Under the pieces are notes generated by a model. That model worked only from the letters and a program-made list of their open reading frames with translations, ran no database searches and had not been told where the DNA came from. Below are positions 1 through 9,577 of a stretch of 64,000 bases of DNA, one piece after another (the stretch's first letter is position 1; each line of letters opens with the position of its first letter). Where the stretch lies: assembly GCA_963745035.1 (NCBI GenBank), contig CAVUVW010000021.1, positions 224,001-288,000 on the forward strand. The letters run 5' to 3'. The position numbers were made by a program, and so were the translations under genes. Source of the DNA: an uncultured delta proteobacterium (GTDB taxonomy: Bacteria > Desulfobacterota > Binatia > UBA9968).

Positions 1-88
1 GTTCGAAAATAGATGCTCGGACTGAGTGCTCACGGCACGGATCGGTGAAGGAGAAAAACCTTCTTCTTGTCCGCTCTTCCGTGATAGC

Positions 89-103
89 GCAACATCGATG
101 CCA
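89..103 (-). promoter_or_regulatory. sigma54 (-24/-12) promoter for a gene running off the left edge
   Basis: Minus strand reads TGGCATCGATGTTGC: GG-N10-GC with TGGCA...TTGC consensus. Confidence 0.6.
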
Positions 104-379
104 CGCGATGCCAAAACCGAAAATTAGACGATTTTATAAATAATTTGGCGCGCCGCATATTAGATTGGCGCAATGAGGTTGCATGCTTTCCCCTGCAATC
201 CATGATAAAGTCCGCTCAGTTTTGCCCGACAAATTTTTGATCGGGAAAACCTTCGTTGAATCGGCCATTTCTGGCGCAGCGCATATTCTATGTGCCGTCG
301 ACGCAGCAACTCATCGGCGGTTAGAACTTATTTTTGCTTGTGCTAGACTTGGTCAACCCTTCCCACACGACTGAAGACG

Positions 380-1180
380 ATGTATCCGATCCTGTTTCAG
401 CTCGGTCCGATCACGATCTACAGCTTCGGCGCGTTCATGGCGCTGGCGGCGTTGGCGGCGGCGTGGGCGGTCCACGCCGAGCTCAAGCGGCGCGGCGCCG
501 ATCCCGAGTTGGCGTCGTCGTTCGTGTTCGCCGCGGCGCTCGGCGGGCTGCTCGGCGCGCGGCTGCTATTCATCGTCGGAGAGTGGAACAACTTTCTGGC
601 AGCGCCGATGAACTACATCCTCACCGGCGCGGGCTTTACCTGGTACGGCGGGCTGCTCGGCGGCACACTGGCGGTTTCCTGGGTGGCGCGGCGCAACAAG
701 ATTCCCTGGCTCGTGGCCGCCGACATCGCGGCGCCCGCGCTGGCCATCGGCTACGGCGTCGGCCGCATCGGCTGCCATGTCGCCGGCGACGGCGATTGGG
801 GGACGGTCACCGACGTGCCCTGGGGCGTTGCGTACACCAACGCGATCATCGGCTGGGTCGACCCGATGACCGGCATTCCGTATCCTCCCGGCACCCGCGT
901 TCATCCGACGCCGATCTATGAGTTTCTCGAATCGCTGATCATCTTCGCGGTTCTCTGGTCGCTGCGCGGCAAGGGCTACGCGGCCGGAACCATCGCCTGG
1001 CTTTACATGATCCTCGCCGGTCTGGCGCGTTTTCTCGTGGAGTTCTGGCGCATCAATCCGCCGCTCGCGCTCGGCTTGAGCGAGGCGCAGTGGTTCAGTT
1101 TGGCGTTGACGGCGCTCGGCTTGGCGATGTTGCTGCGCCGGCCGGCACGCGCCGTGAGCGCGCGCACGGCGCCGGGTTAG
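380..1180 (+). CDS. lgt: Prolipoprotein diacylglyceryl transferase
   Basis: MYPILF start, WYGGLLGG, GRIGC and HPTPIYE motifs; multi-TM. Confidence 0.93.
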   Translation: MYPILFQLGPITIYSFGAFMALAALAAAWAVHAELKRRGADPELASSFVFAAALGGLLGARLLFIVGEWNNFLAAPMNYILTGAGFTWYGGLLGGTLAVSWVARRNKIPWLVAADIAAPALAIGYGVGRIGCHVAGDGDWGTVTDVPWGVAYTNAIIGWVDPMTGIPYPPGTRVHPTPIYEFLESLIIFAVLWSLRGKGYAAGTIAWLYMILAGLARFLVEFWRINPPLALGLSEAQWFSLALTALGLAMLLRRPARAVSARTAPG

Positions 1181-2338
1181 CGCCCGGGTAGATCACGCGC
1201 CCGCGATTTTTTCCCATCGAGCAGGCGAATCACCGCCAGGATAAAGACGCCGGTGAGCGCGAGGTTCAGCGCCAGGCTGAGCGCGCTGATGGTCATGCTT
1301 TGCTGCACCGCCGGCATGCCGAGCAGATTCTGCTGGCGAAAGATCTCCAGCGACACGAGCAGCACGCCGATGCCGACCTCGCCGCGGGGAAACATGCCGA
1401 CACTGAGCGCCAGCCGCTCGCGCGCCGTCGCTTCATCGGAGTAAGCGAGCAGCGGCACGCACTTGCCGATGTTGCTCACGACGGTGATCATAACAACATG
1501 CGCGAGCGACGACGGCGACGCTCATTTCTCCGAGCGCGATCGGCGGCAGCGCCATGCCCGCGAGCAACATGAACCCGCCCTTGATGCTCCAGTCGAGGAT
1601 GGTTTGCCCGTCAAGCTGTCGACTCACGGCAGCGCGGGGCGCAGCCGCATACTCCGCCGAGCCGTGCAGATGATCGGATTTGATCACGCAGCCGAGCGCA
1701 AATGCCGGCACCAAAACTTCCAGGTGCAGGTCGGTGGCGCGGTCGAAGGCGTAGGTTGCCAGCCAGACGAAGAGCGCGTAGAGCGCGATCCAGCCGTTGC
1801 TCGTCGGCGCCGCCAGCCAGTGGATGTAAAAATAGGCCGCCGCGAGGAACGCGAACACGGCGACGATCAGAATCAGCAGCTTGGGCTCGAACCCGATGAG
1901 CATCATCTTCAGCGGGATCATCAGCAGCACGGTGTCGAGATCGTCGAAGATCGCCAGCACTCGGGCCTTTTTGTAGAGCCATGACGCCGCCAGTCCCGCG
2001 GCGGCGAGCATGGTAAAAAGAATTCCCGCCGACGTCGGTGAGGCGAAACGGCCGACCAGCAGCGACTCTTTGAAGCCGAGACCGAACCACCACCAGAAAT
2101 AAAGCGCGGCGCAGAGCCACGGCACCGCCGCCGCGGCCATGGCGATGCCGTAGTCAACGCCGTAGGAGCCCAGCCGCGACTTGTCGATGTCGAACTCCAT
2201 GCCCACTTCGATCATGATGTAGGCGAGAAAAATCATCGTGAGCGCCGAGATCGCGGTGCTCAGCTCCTGGAAGAAAGCCAACTGGGACAATCCCATGCCG
2301 GCGACCAGCAGCAAACTGTAGAGCATTACTCTGCGCAT
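1177..2338 (-). CDS. Cation:proton (Na+/H+) antiporter, CPA-type; one frameshift near 1505 (probably an assembly error)
   Basis: ORFs 1433..2338 and 1177..1491 join into one multi-TM protein with SPTSAG, AIFDDL and MFPRGEVG motifs. Confidence 0.8.
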
Positions 2339-2345
2339 GACGCAG

Positions 2346-2457
2346 CTCCTGGAGCCGAAAACCGACCGCGCGACGACGCGGCGGCTTATCGGCTTCGTAA
2401 GAGTCTCCGAGCGCGCGCCGGGCCGAAGGCCCGGAGTTACGCAGGCGGATGACTCAA
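2346..2457 (-). promoter_or_regulatory. Structured leader (two long hairpins) directly upstream of the antiporter RBS
   Basis: Minus strand: GAGTC..TCCG..CCGGGC-CTTCG-GCCCGG..CGGA-GACTC hairpin, then an AGCCGA...TCGGCT stem ending just before AGGAG. Confidence 0.45.
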
Positions 2458-2482
2458 GGTAGCAAATTCGATGGAAGGAGTA

Positions 2483-2818
2483 TTAGAGCGCCGCGAAGAA
2501 AGGCGGCGAGCGGCTGATGTCGCCGGCGAGCACCGGCCAGCGGCGAAGATTCTGCTTGAAATCGAATAGGAGAAACGACGCATGCACGAACGGCGCGACA
2601 TCCGCGAGGACACCGAGAAAAACCAGGGCGGGCTGTTCGTAGCTATCTGTCTCGACGATCCGCCCAGACTTGCTGGCGACCATCGACACCGCGTCGAAGG
2701 CGGGACCCGAAGACGAATTCTCCACGGAACTCGTGAACGTCAGTGTCAAAACGCCGAGCGCGACCGCCCAAACAAACCCGCGCACGGAGTGTATTTTCCG
2801 ATCGGTGAACACGAGCAT
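2483..2818 (-). CDS. Small membrane-targeted uORF ending in an RSPP motif (candidate arrest peptide)
   Basis: N-terminal hydrophobic stretch (VRGFVWAVALGVLTLTF), C-terminus DISRSPPFFAAL; same strand as and upstream of the antiporter. Confidence 0.55.
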   Translation of the reverse strand: MLVFTDRKIHSVRGFVWAVALGVLTLTFTSSVENSSSGPAFDAVSMVASKSGRIVETDSYEQPALVFLGVLADVAPFVHASFLLFDFKQNLRRWPVLAGDISRSPPFFAAL

Positions 2819-3100
2819 TCAGAGCTAACGCAGTTTCGGGCGGAAAGCAATTTAGCTGAGACCAGACATGCACCAGGCCGATCACACGGCCGAGTTCTGG
2901 AACGAAGCGTACAAAATCCTGCCGGACTACGAGGAGCGGAAAGAATGGCTAAGAAAGAACGGGGCGGGGCTGGACGTTTGATTACGTCAAATTCCACCAG
3001 AGCGCCCGGAAGGCGGTCGAATGCCGCCTTCCAGGCGTTCTCTCCTCTGAGATCGATAGCGGACTGCTGAACTGGAACGCAACACTCGGAAATTTTTTCG

Positions 3101-3535
3101 TTATCGCGGCGACTGCTTGTCGGCTGGAGCGGACCGGTCGCCGGTTCCGCCGCGGTCGGCGGGACTCTTGGCGTAGCGAAAGCCTAGCCGGTTGGCGGTA
3201 AGTTCATCGATTGTTCCAGTTGTCGGAATGCCTTCATCCTGCTGAAATTTTCTTATGGCGGAGCGCGTCGTGTCATCGGCGGTTCCATCGAGGTTTCCCG
3301 GCTTATATCCTTTTTCTTCCAAGCGCTGTTGAATCAATCTCATATCGTTTTGGGACAATTCCTGAGTGCCGGCGCGTGAGCCAGGAACGCTCTCGGCTGC
3401 GCCGGATCTTGGCTGTTCCGGATTTGACGGACGAGCTCCTCCCGGCGTTCCTTGCGCCCACGAGGGCAACGCTGACAGCCCGAGGCTTCCAGCGATCATG
3501 ACGGCTGGTAATAATAATATTTTTTTTCCGCGCAT
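3101..3535 (-). CDS. Secreted peptidoglycan-binding domain protein (PG_binding_1-like)
   Basis: Signal peptide; IQQRLEEKGY.PG.LDG...T.SAIRKFQQDEGIP.TG motif. Confidence 0.85.
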   Translation of the reverse strand: MRGKKILLLPAVMIAGSLGLSALPSWAQGTPGGARPSNPEQPRSGAAESVPGSRAGTQELSQNDMRLIQQRLEEKGYKPGNLDGTADDTTRSAIRKFQQDEGIPTTGTIDELTANRLGFRYAKSPADRGGTGDRSAPADKQSPR

Positions 3536-3584
3536 GTGTTTCCTTTCTTTGGTTTTTGGAGAGTTGCGTCCGCTTTACTGAGGC

Positions 3585-3599
3585 GCAATGGTCATGCCA
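3585..3599 (-). promoter_or_regulatory. sigma54 promoter of the PG-binding protein gene
   Basis: Minus strand TGGCATGACCATTGC (GG-N10-GC), about 50 nt upstream of the ATG. Confidence 0.65.
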
Positions 3600-3756
3600 C
3601 CAACCACGCTCAGAAAAACGTCCATGAAATCAGTCTGCTCGGCAGTCGTACCGGCTTGAGAGGAGATAGCGAATATTCATTGGCCGCTATTCCCTTCAGG
3701 AAGGTGAACCGGAATCACTGCACGTCGCGTTTTCTGCCGTCTTGGCAGGAAGAGAA

Positions 3757-4242
3757 TTATCGCTTGCGCGTCAGCAGGTCGATGGGATTCGCGACGCGGG
3801 CGCGGTGTTTGTACATGCGCACGGAGGCATCGCGGATGAAGGTCATCGGGAGGTCTTCCGTCTGCAGTTCTCCGTTTCTGGTTGAATACTCGATCGTCAG
3901 CGCCGGAATATCGGAACCGAAAGAGTCGCTATTTTCGAGGCGTCGCAGGTGGACGTGTTTGCTGTCCATGTATTCCCCGATCGCGCGCAGCATTTCCGCC
4001 AGGCTGTCGAATCTCACTTCGGGTGCGGACCGGCCGCGGCGCGCCTGGCCTTCGCGGTCGAGAACTTCGATTCCTTGAGGCGAGAAGGTCAGTTCGATCA
4101 GGGCGGTGTATGGCGGATGCGGGTCTCCGGCCGTCAGGCGAAAATCACCGGCGTAGGTTTTGAGCTCGAAGGCTTCAATCTCGAGATTCTGCAGAGCTTG
4201 GCCGATACAGCGAAGCGCCCGGGCATAGTTCGGAAAATTCAT
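3757..4242 (-). CDS. Hypothetical protein with an internal duplicated LR.IG helix motif
   Basis: 161-aa ORF; YARALRCIGQAL and LAEMLRAIGEYM. Confidence 0.65.
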   Translation of the reverse strand: MNFPNYARALRCIGQALQNLEIEAFELKTYAGDFRLTAGDPHPPYTALIELTFSPQGIEVLDREGQARRGRSAPEVRFDSLAEMLRAIGEYMDSKHVHLRRLENSDSFGSDIPALTIEYSTRNGELQTEDLPMTFIRDASVRMYKHRARVANPIDLLTRKR

Positions 4243-4475
4243 ACGACCCTTTCAAAAGCAACTTCAAAGGGTGCGCCCGTCGAGCAGACATCGTTCAGAA
4301 TACCCGGCGGACACGGCCGTCTCAAGTATGCAAGGCTCAAAAACTGCGCGCTGGGCAAATTTTATGTTTTTAACTTTGCCTTTGTATTCGATCCCTGACC
4401 ACACTTTGGCCCGGTAGATCGTTTCACGGCGCGGACAGGCGACAAATGCGCGGCTATGGGGTAAATAAAAGGGTT

Positions 4476-5030
4476 ATGGAAAAAACCGAATCACAGAAAC
4501 CGCGCGTCGGCCGGGCCGATTTGTTTCTGGCGTTTTCCCGGATCAGTCTGTCGAGCTTTGGCGGCGCGATTTTCTGGGCGCGGCGCGAATTGGTCGAGCG
4601 ACGGCGCTGGCTCGGCGATCGCGAGTTTGTCGACGTGTTCACCTTGGGGCAACTCCTGCCCGGACCAAACGTGCTGAACCTCACGGTGATCGTCGGACAT
4701 CGCTTCTGCGGGTGGACCGGCGCCGCCGCGGCGGTTGCCGGTTTTTTGGGGTGGCCGTGCCTCGTGGTGGTCGGCATGGGGATGCTGTACCAGCAGTACG
4801 GCGCTCTGCCGCACGTGCAGCAGGCGCTCGCGGGCATGTCGAGCGTGGCGGCCGGGCTGTTGCTCGCCACCGTGATCAAGTTGGCGATGGTGCTGCCGCG
4901 GCGCTGGTGGCTTTGGTTGTTCGGCGCGCTGGCGTTTATCGGCGTAGGCGTTTTGCGCTGGCCGCTATTCTGGGTCATGGGCGCTCTCGCGCCTTGGGCT
5001 GTCTTCGCGGCCTGGAAAGAACAAGAGTGA
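4476..5030 (+). CDS. chrA: Chromate transporter, short-chain subunit 1
   Basis: SFGG and QLLPGPN CHR motifs. Confidence 0.85.
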   Translation: MEKTESQKPRVGRADLFLAFSRISLSSFGGAIFWARRELVERRRWLGDREFVDVFTLGQLLPGPNVLNLTVIVGHRFCGWTGAAAAVAGFLGWPCLVVVGMGMLYQQYGALPHVQQALAGMSSVAAGLLLATVIKLAMVLPRRWWLWLFGALAFIGVGVLRWPLFWVMGALAPWAVFAAWKEQE

Positions 5031-5557
5031 TGGAACGTCTCGATCTCGGCGGGCTGTTCCTGCATTTTTTGATGCTGTGGTTTTTGGCCATCGGCGGTCC
5101 CTCGACGATATTTCCCGACATTCACCGCTACGTCGTGGAGGTGCACCAGCTATTGACGAGCGCGGAATTTGCCGAGCTTTACACGTTGGCGCAGGTGGCG
5201 CCCGGCCCGAATGCCATGTACGTTACCTTGATCGGATGGCACCTGGCGGGATGGCGAGGCGTGGCCGCAACGACGATCCCGTTGCTGGTGCCCGCGACCA
5301 CGTTAACACTGCTCGTCGGCCATCTGAATGAACGGTATCCCGACGCGCGGATCGCCCGCGCGATCCGCCGCGGCCTGATGCCGATCACGATCGGTCTCGT
5401 GTTCGCCAGCGCGACGATCCTGATGCGTACGGTGAACCATGACTGGCGCGGTTACGTGATCACGTTCGCGACCGTCGCGGTGGTGTTGCGCAAAACCTGG
5501 AACCCGCTGTGGCTGTTTGCCGCCGCCGCCCTGGCGGGAGTCGCGGGGCTCGTCTGA
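5030..5557 (+). CDS. chrA: Chromate transporter, short-chain subunit 2
   Basis: TGATG overlap with the previous gene; AIGG and AQVAPGPN motifs. Confidence 0.85.
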   Translation: MERLDLGGLFLHFLMLWFLAIGGPSTIFPDIHRYVVEVHQLLTSAEFAELYTLAQVAPGPNAMYVTLIGWHLAGWRGVAATTIPLLVPATTLTLLVGHLNERYPDARIARAIRRGLMPITIGLVFASATILMRTVNHDWRGYVITFATVAVVLRKTWNPLWLFAAAALAGVAGLV

Positions 5558-5568
5558 AGGGCAACATG

Positions 5569-5623
5569 GCGTTCAATCGCTTTGCTCGGTTCAAAGCGTT
5601 CAAGCCGTTCAAGTCGTTCGAAC
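5569..5623. repeat. Short degenerate 9-bp tandem repeat (CGTTCAA core)
   Basis: gcgttcaat ... cggttcaaa gcgttcaag ccgttcaag tcgttcgaa. Confidence 0.6.
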
Positions 5624-5700
5624 GGCGCCGGTAAGCTATGGGCGGGTTTGCTTCCACAATTTTCTTTTATCCGGGACAACGCGATTTTAGGAGAACCATC

Positions 5701-6840
5701 ATGAAGAATAGCTCCATTCGAAGTTCCGAAATGCCGGCTTCATTCCTACGGCAGAGGAGCGCGCAGAGCAGGAAGTCTCGCGGCCAAAAAATTTCGCTGA
5801 TGCTACTGCTGATGGTGCTCGTGACGCGCTTCGCCGGTTGGCCAGCCCCGGCTCTAGCGCAAGCGCCGTTCTATGAGGGAAAGACCATCAAAATCATCGT
5901 CGCTGCCACGCCGGGCGGCACCGGGGATTTTCGCGTGCGCGCGCTGGTGCCGTACCTGCGCAAGTACATTCCGGGAAATCCGACGATCATCCTCGAATTC
6001 ATGGACGGCAGCGGCGGGCGCAAAGCCGCCAACTACATGTACTCGAACGCGCGCCCGGACGGTCTGACGATCGGTTCACTGAGTGGTGGCGTGATCGCGC
6101 TGAGCATCCTCAAAGAAATCGGCGTCATGTACGACGCCGACAAGTTCACCTATCTGGGCTCTGCGGAGAGCGTAAGTCATCAAGTGATTTATACACGGCG
6201 AGAGCTCGGCCTGGATAGTTTGGACAAGCTGCGCGCCGCGGCCGGCATTCGGATCGGCTCGCAGTCGGTGGGACACGTCGCTTATGTCGCTTCCCGACTG
6301 TTCGCTTATTTCCTGAACATGAAGGACCCCAAGTTCGTCGCCGGCTACACCGCTCCGGAAGTGGACGCCGCGCTCTTGCGCGGCGAGCTGGACGGGCGCT
6401 CGAACAATCCCACTTCGGTCTTGCGGCGCAACCCCGACTGGCTCGACAAAGGCGTGATGAATTTCCATTCGATTATGGAGGCGCCGAAGGGCGCCACACA
6501 TCCGCGCTTTGCCCATCTGCCCGAGATCGAGACTTTCGCGAAATCGGAGAAGGAAGTGAAGCTGCTGTCGATGTGGCGGGCCTTCCGGCTACTCGGCTCG
6601 CCATACGTTTTGCCGCCGGGCACGCCGAAGGACCGCATCAAAATCCTTCAGGAAGGCATCGGCAAGGCGTTCAAAGATCGCGAGTTTTACAAGGAGTACG
6701 AGAAGATCGTCGGGGACGACGCCGACCCGATCTTCCCCGAGGCGATGGCGAAAGTCGTCAAGGAGACGCCCCGCGACCTCGAAGTGATCGACATGCTCAA
6801 AAAGCTTTCCGGGGCCGGGCCGATGCCGCCGCGCTCATAA
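5701..6840 (+). CDS. Tripartite tricarboxylate transporter substrate-binding protein (Bug/TctC family)
   Basis: GKTIKIIV..TPGGTGD and ARPDGLTIG, LPPGTPKDR motifs; AGGAG RBS. Confidence 0.85.
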   Translation: MKNSSIRSSEMPASFLRQRSAQSRKSRGQKISLMLLLMVLVTRFAGWPAPALAQAPFYEGKTIKIIVAATPGGTGDFRVRALVPYLRKYIPGNPTIILEFMDGSGGRKAANYMYSNARPDGLTIGSLSGGVIALSILKEIGVMYDADKFTYLGSAESVSHQVIYTRRELGLDSLDKLRAAAGIRIGSQSVGHVAYVASRLFAYFLNMKDPKFVAGYTAPEVDAALLRGELDGRSNNPTSVLRRNPDWLDKGVMNFHSIMEAPKGATHPRFAHLPEIETFAKSEKEVKLLSMWRAFRLLGSPYVLPPGTPKDRIKILQEGIGKAFKDREFYKEYEKIVGDDADPIFPEAMAKVVKETPRDLEVIDMLKKLSGAGPMPPRS

Positions 6841-6866
6841 GCGGGTTCCACCTTCGAGGCGGGCGC

Positions 6867-8066
6867 ATGACCGAATCTCATTCCGGCACAGGAGAAGCGG
6901 AATACGTTTACGTGGGCGAACGCGGCGCGCTGAAAAACCTCGTCGAGCGCCTGAGCGGCGCCGAAAAGATCGCCCTCGACACCGAGGCCGATAGTCTTCA
7001 TAACTACTTCGAAAAAGTCTGCTTGATCCAGCTATCGCTCTGCGGCGCGCACTATCTCGTCGATCCGCTTGCCGGCTTGGACCTGGCCGATTTTCTTGCC
7101 GCGCTAGCGGAGAAGCCGTTGATCGTGCACGGCGGCGATTACGACTTGCGCATGCTGCGGGCATCGACCGGTTTCCGGCCCGGTCGAGAAGTGTTCGATA
7201 CCATGATTGCGGCGCAGCTACTTGGCATCGATCAGGTCGGACTCGCCGCTCTGATCGAGCGATTCTTCGGCGCCGCGATCGGCAAAGAGGGGCAGAAATC
7301 GGACTGGTCGCGCCGGCCGCTGAGCGACCGGCAATTGCGCTACGCGGTCAACGATACGCGCTACCTGGAGGCGCTCGCGGAGCGGCTGGGCGGCGCGCTC
7401 AGCGAAAAAGGGCGGATCGCTTGGCACCAGGAAAGCTGCCGGGCGATGGTGGAGTCTACGGGGCGGGAACGCTCACGCGATCCCGATGAGGCATGGCGCA
7501 TCAAGGGATCTGGACGACTGACGCGCCGCCAATTGGCGTATTTGCGGGAGATGTGGCGCTGGCGCGACGAGCACGCCCGGCGCGTCAATGTGCCGGCGTT
7601 CAAGATATTGGGCAATCAGGAAATGATGGCGCTCTTGCAGTGGGCCGAGTCCCACCCTCGAGAGCCCCTCGATCGAGGGCCGAAGCTGCCGCGCAACATC
7701 GCCGGCGCGCTCCTGATCACGCTCCAGGCCGCGCTCTCCCGCAGCGCCGCCATGCAGCCGGCGGAATGGCCGGAGATAAAGAAGGGAGAGCGCCACGAAG
7801 CACCGCGCAACGACAGCAAGGAAGAGATCGCCGCGCTGCGCGGCGAATGCGCGCGGATGGCCGGAGCGCTCGAGATCGCCCCTTCCACGCTGGCGCCGCG
7901 GGCGGCGCTCGAGACGATCGCGCGCACCCGGCCGCGCACCGTGGAAGAGATCATGGCCAGCGGCGGCCTGCTGCGCTGGCAGGCGGAAACCGTGCGCGCC
8001 GCCGTCGAAAAAATTCTCCATCGCACCGACCTGACCGGGCACGCCAACGCGCGTTCCGGCGTATGA
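6867..8066 (+). CDS. rnd: Ribonuclease D (3'-5' exonuclease plus HRDC domains)
   Basis: ALDTEADS, FDTMIAA, SDWSRRPL, YAVND motifs. Confidence 0.88.
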   Translation: MTESHSGTGEAEYVYVGERGALKNLVERLSGAEKIALDTEADSLHNYFEKVCLIQLSLCGAHYLVDPLAGLDLADFLAALAEKPLIVHGGDYDLRMLRASTGFRPGREVFDTMIAAQLLGIDQVGLAALIERFFGAAIGKEGQKSDWSRRPLSDRQLRYAVNDTRYLEALAERLGGALSEKGRIAWHQESCRAMVESTGRERSRDPDEAWRIKGSGRLTRRQLAYLREMWRWRDEHARRVNVPAFKILGNQEMMALLQWAESHPREPLDRGPKLPRNIAGALLITLQAALSRSAAMQPAEWPEIKKGERHEAPRNDSKEEIAALRGECARMAGALEIAPSTLAPRAALETIARTRPRTVEEIMASGGLLRWQAETVRAAVEKILHRTDLTGHANARSGV

Positions 8067-8115
8067 TGGCGCCCGCTGTGCGCACTCCCAAGATGAAAGG
8101 CTCGCGACTCTGAAT

Positions 8116-9540
8116 TTGCTCGACTCGTCTCAGGCGCATGCGCGGGTGCGCAGGCTTACCCTGATCAACTCCGTCATCGGCGTGGCGATCGCGGGGATTT
8201 CCACGCGCGTGTTCATGATCTCAGCGCCGACCCTGGCGACGGCCCTGGAGACGGACATGCTCGGGATTTCCTGGGCGCTTATCGTTTACCAGATGGCGGG
8301 CATCGCCCTGGGCGTGATCTGCGGCCGTCTCGGCGACATCTACGGCCATCACAAGAGCTACGGCTTCGGCATGGCGATCATGGCCGCCGGCTCGCTGCTC
8401 TGCGGGCTTGCGCAGGATGTTTTGCAGTTGATTCTATTTCGCTTCGTGCAAGGTGTGGGCGGCGCGATGATTCAATCGTCCGGCCGCGCCCTGGCGTTTC
8501 GCGCGATGCCGCAGGGCTCCGAGGGCAAGGCCCAAGGCCTGATGGCGATGTCGCATCAGTTCGGCTTTTTTGTCGGGCCGCCGATCGGCGGTTTGATCAT
8601 CGACTGGATTCACTGGCGCGGTATTTTTTTCTTTTTGTTCGTGCCGAGCCTGGTCGGCGCCGCGCTGTGCTTTGCCGTCGGCCGCGCCGCCGGGCCGCCG
8701 GAGACGCGCCGGCAAGCGATCGATTACCGCGGCGCGTTGATTTTTTTCGCCCTCACCATTGTCGCTACCTTGCTGCTCGATCAAAAGGTCGCGGAGTTTT
8801 TAGGCGGAGGTAGCCAGACGCTGCTCGCGCTGGCTTTCGCGGCGGGCATCTGGGGCTTCATCGCGGAGGAAAAGAAGGCGCCGAGTCCGATGATTCGCAT
8901 GTCGTTTTTTTCCGTTCCGGTTTTCGGCTATGGCTCGCTCGGCCTGCTGCTCTGCTGCATCACCCAGGGTCTGGTCATGTTCATCGCGCCTTTCTATCTG
9001 CAGGACGTGCTCAAGCTGTCGCCGACGTTCATGGGAGCGCTCTTTCTCGTGCCGTCGGTGCTGAGCATGGGGTTGTCGCCGGTGAGCGGCGCCTTGACCG
9101 ATCGCATCGGCGCGCGCTTTATGCTGATCCTTGGCACGCTCGTCTTGATGGCCGCCTTCGTGATCGGCGCCAATCTGGGCGCTGACACGCATTGGCTCTG
9201 GCCGGCATTGCTGCTCGCGCTCACGGGCGTCGGCGCGGCGCTCTTCAACACGCCGTCCCAGGCGGTGATGATCGGCTCGCTGCCCAAAGAAAACTGGGGC
9301 ACGGCGATCGGCATCATCAACGGCATCTTTGGACTGGGCCACATGCTGGGCATTTCTCTCAGCGGCATTCTGTTGACTCTCGCGTTTCGCTACTATTCGG
9401 GTATTCCCGGGACCACGCCCAATCTCGCCGACACGCAAGTTTTCGTCGCTTCGATGAACGCCACCTACTGGTTTGCCCTCGCCGTAAGCGTAGTGCCGCT
9501 GCTGACCTCGTTGAAGATGAGAAAAAGCAGTGGAAGCTAA
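8116..9540 (+). CDS. MFS transporter (14-TM DHA2-like)
   Basis: GRLGDIYG motif A, FRFVQGVG; about 14 hydrophobic segments. Confidence 0.88.
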   Translation: MLDSSQAHARVRRLTLINSVIGVAIAGISTRVFMISAPTLATALETDMLGISWALIVYQMAGIALGVICGRLGDIYGHHKSYGFGMAIMAAGSLLCGLAQDVLQLILFRFVQGVGGAMIQSSGRALAFRAMPQGSEGKAQGLMAMSHQFGFFVGPPIGGLIIDWIHWRGIFFFLFVPSLVGAALCFAVGRAAGPPETRRQAIDYRGALIFFALTIVATLLLDQKVAEFLGGGSQTLLALAFAAGIWGFIAEEKKAPSPMIRMSFFSVPVFGYGSLGLLLCCITQGLVMFIAPFYLQDVLKLSPTFMGALFLVPSVLSMGLSPVSGALTDRIGARFMLILGTLVLMAAFVIGANLGADTHWLWPALLLALTGVGAALFNTPSQAVMIGSLPKENWGTAIGIINGIFGLGHMLGISLSGILLTLAFRYYSGIPGTTPNLADTQVFVASMNATYWFALAVSVVPLLTSLKMRKSSGS

Positions 9541-9577
9541 ACACTCAAGATTAAAATCCGCTCGGCGCGGACGCGCT

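Noticed and set aside
1-33. Start of a minus-strand gene (GTG, MSTQSEHLFSN)
   Set aside because: Plausible given the sigma54 site, but 11 codons are too few to call a product
2977-2991. TTTGATTACGTCAAA as an FNR box
   Set aside because: The spacer is one base short of TTGAT-N4-ATCAA; the palindrome could bind another factor but cannot be assigned
5569-5623. 9-bp periodic repeats as a CRISPR array
   Set aside because: Units are too short, there are no unique spacers, and there are no cas genes
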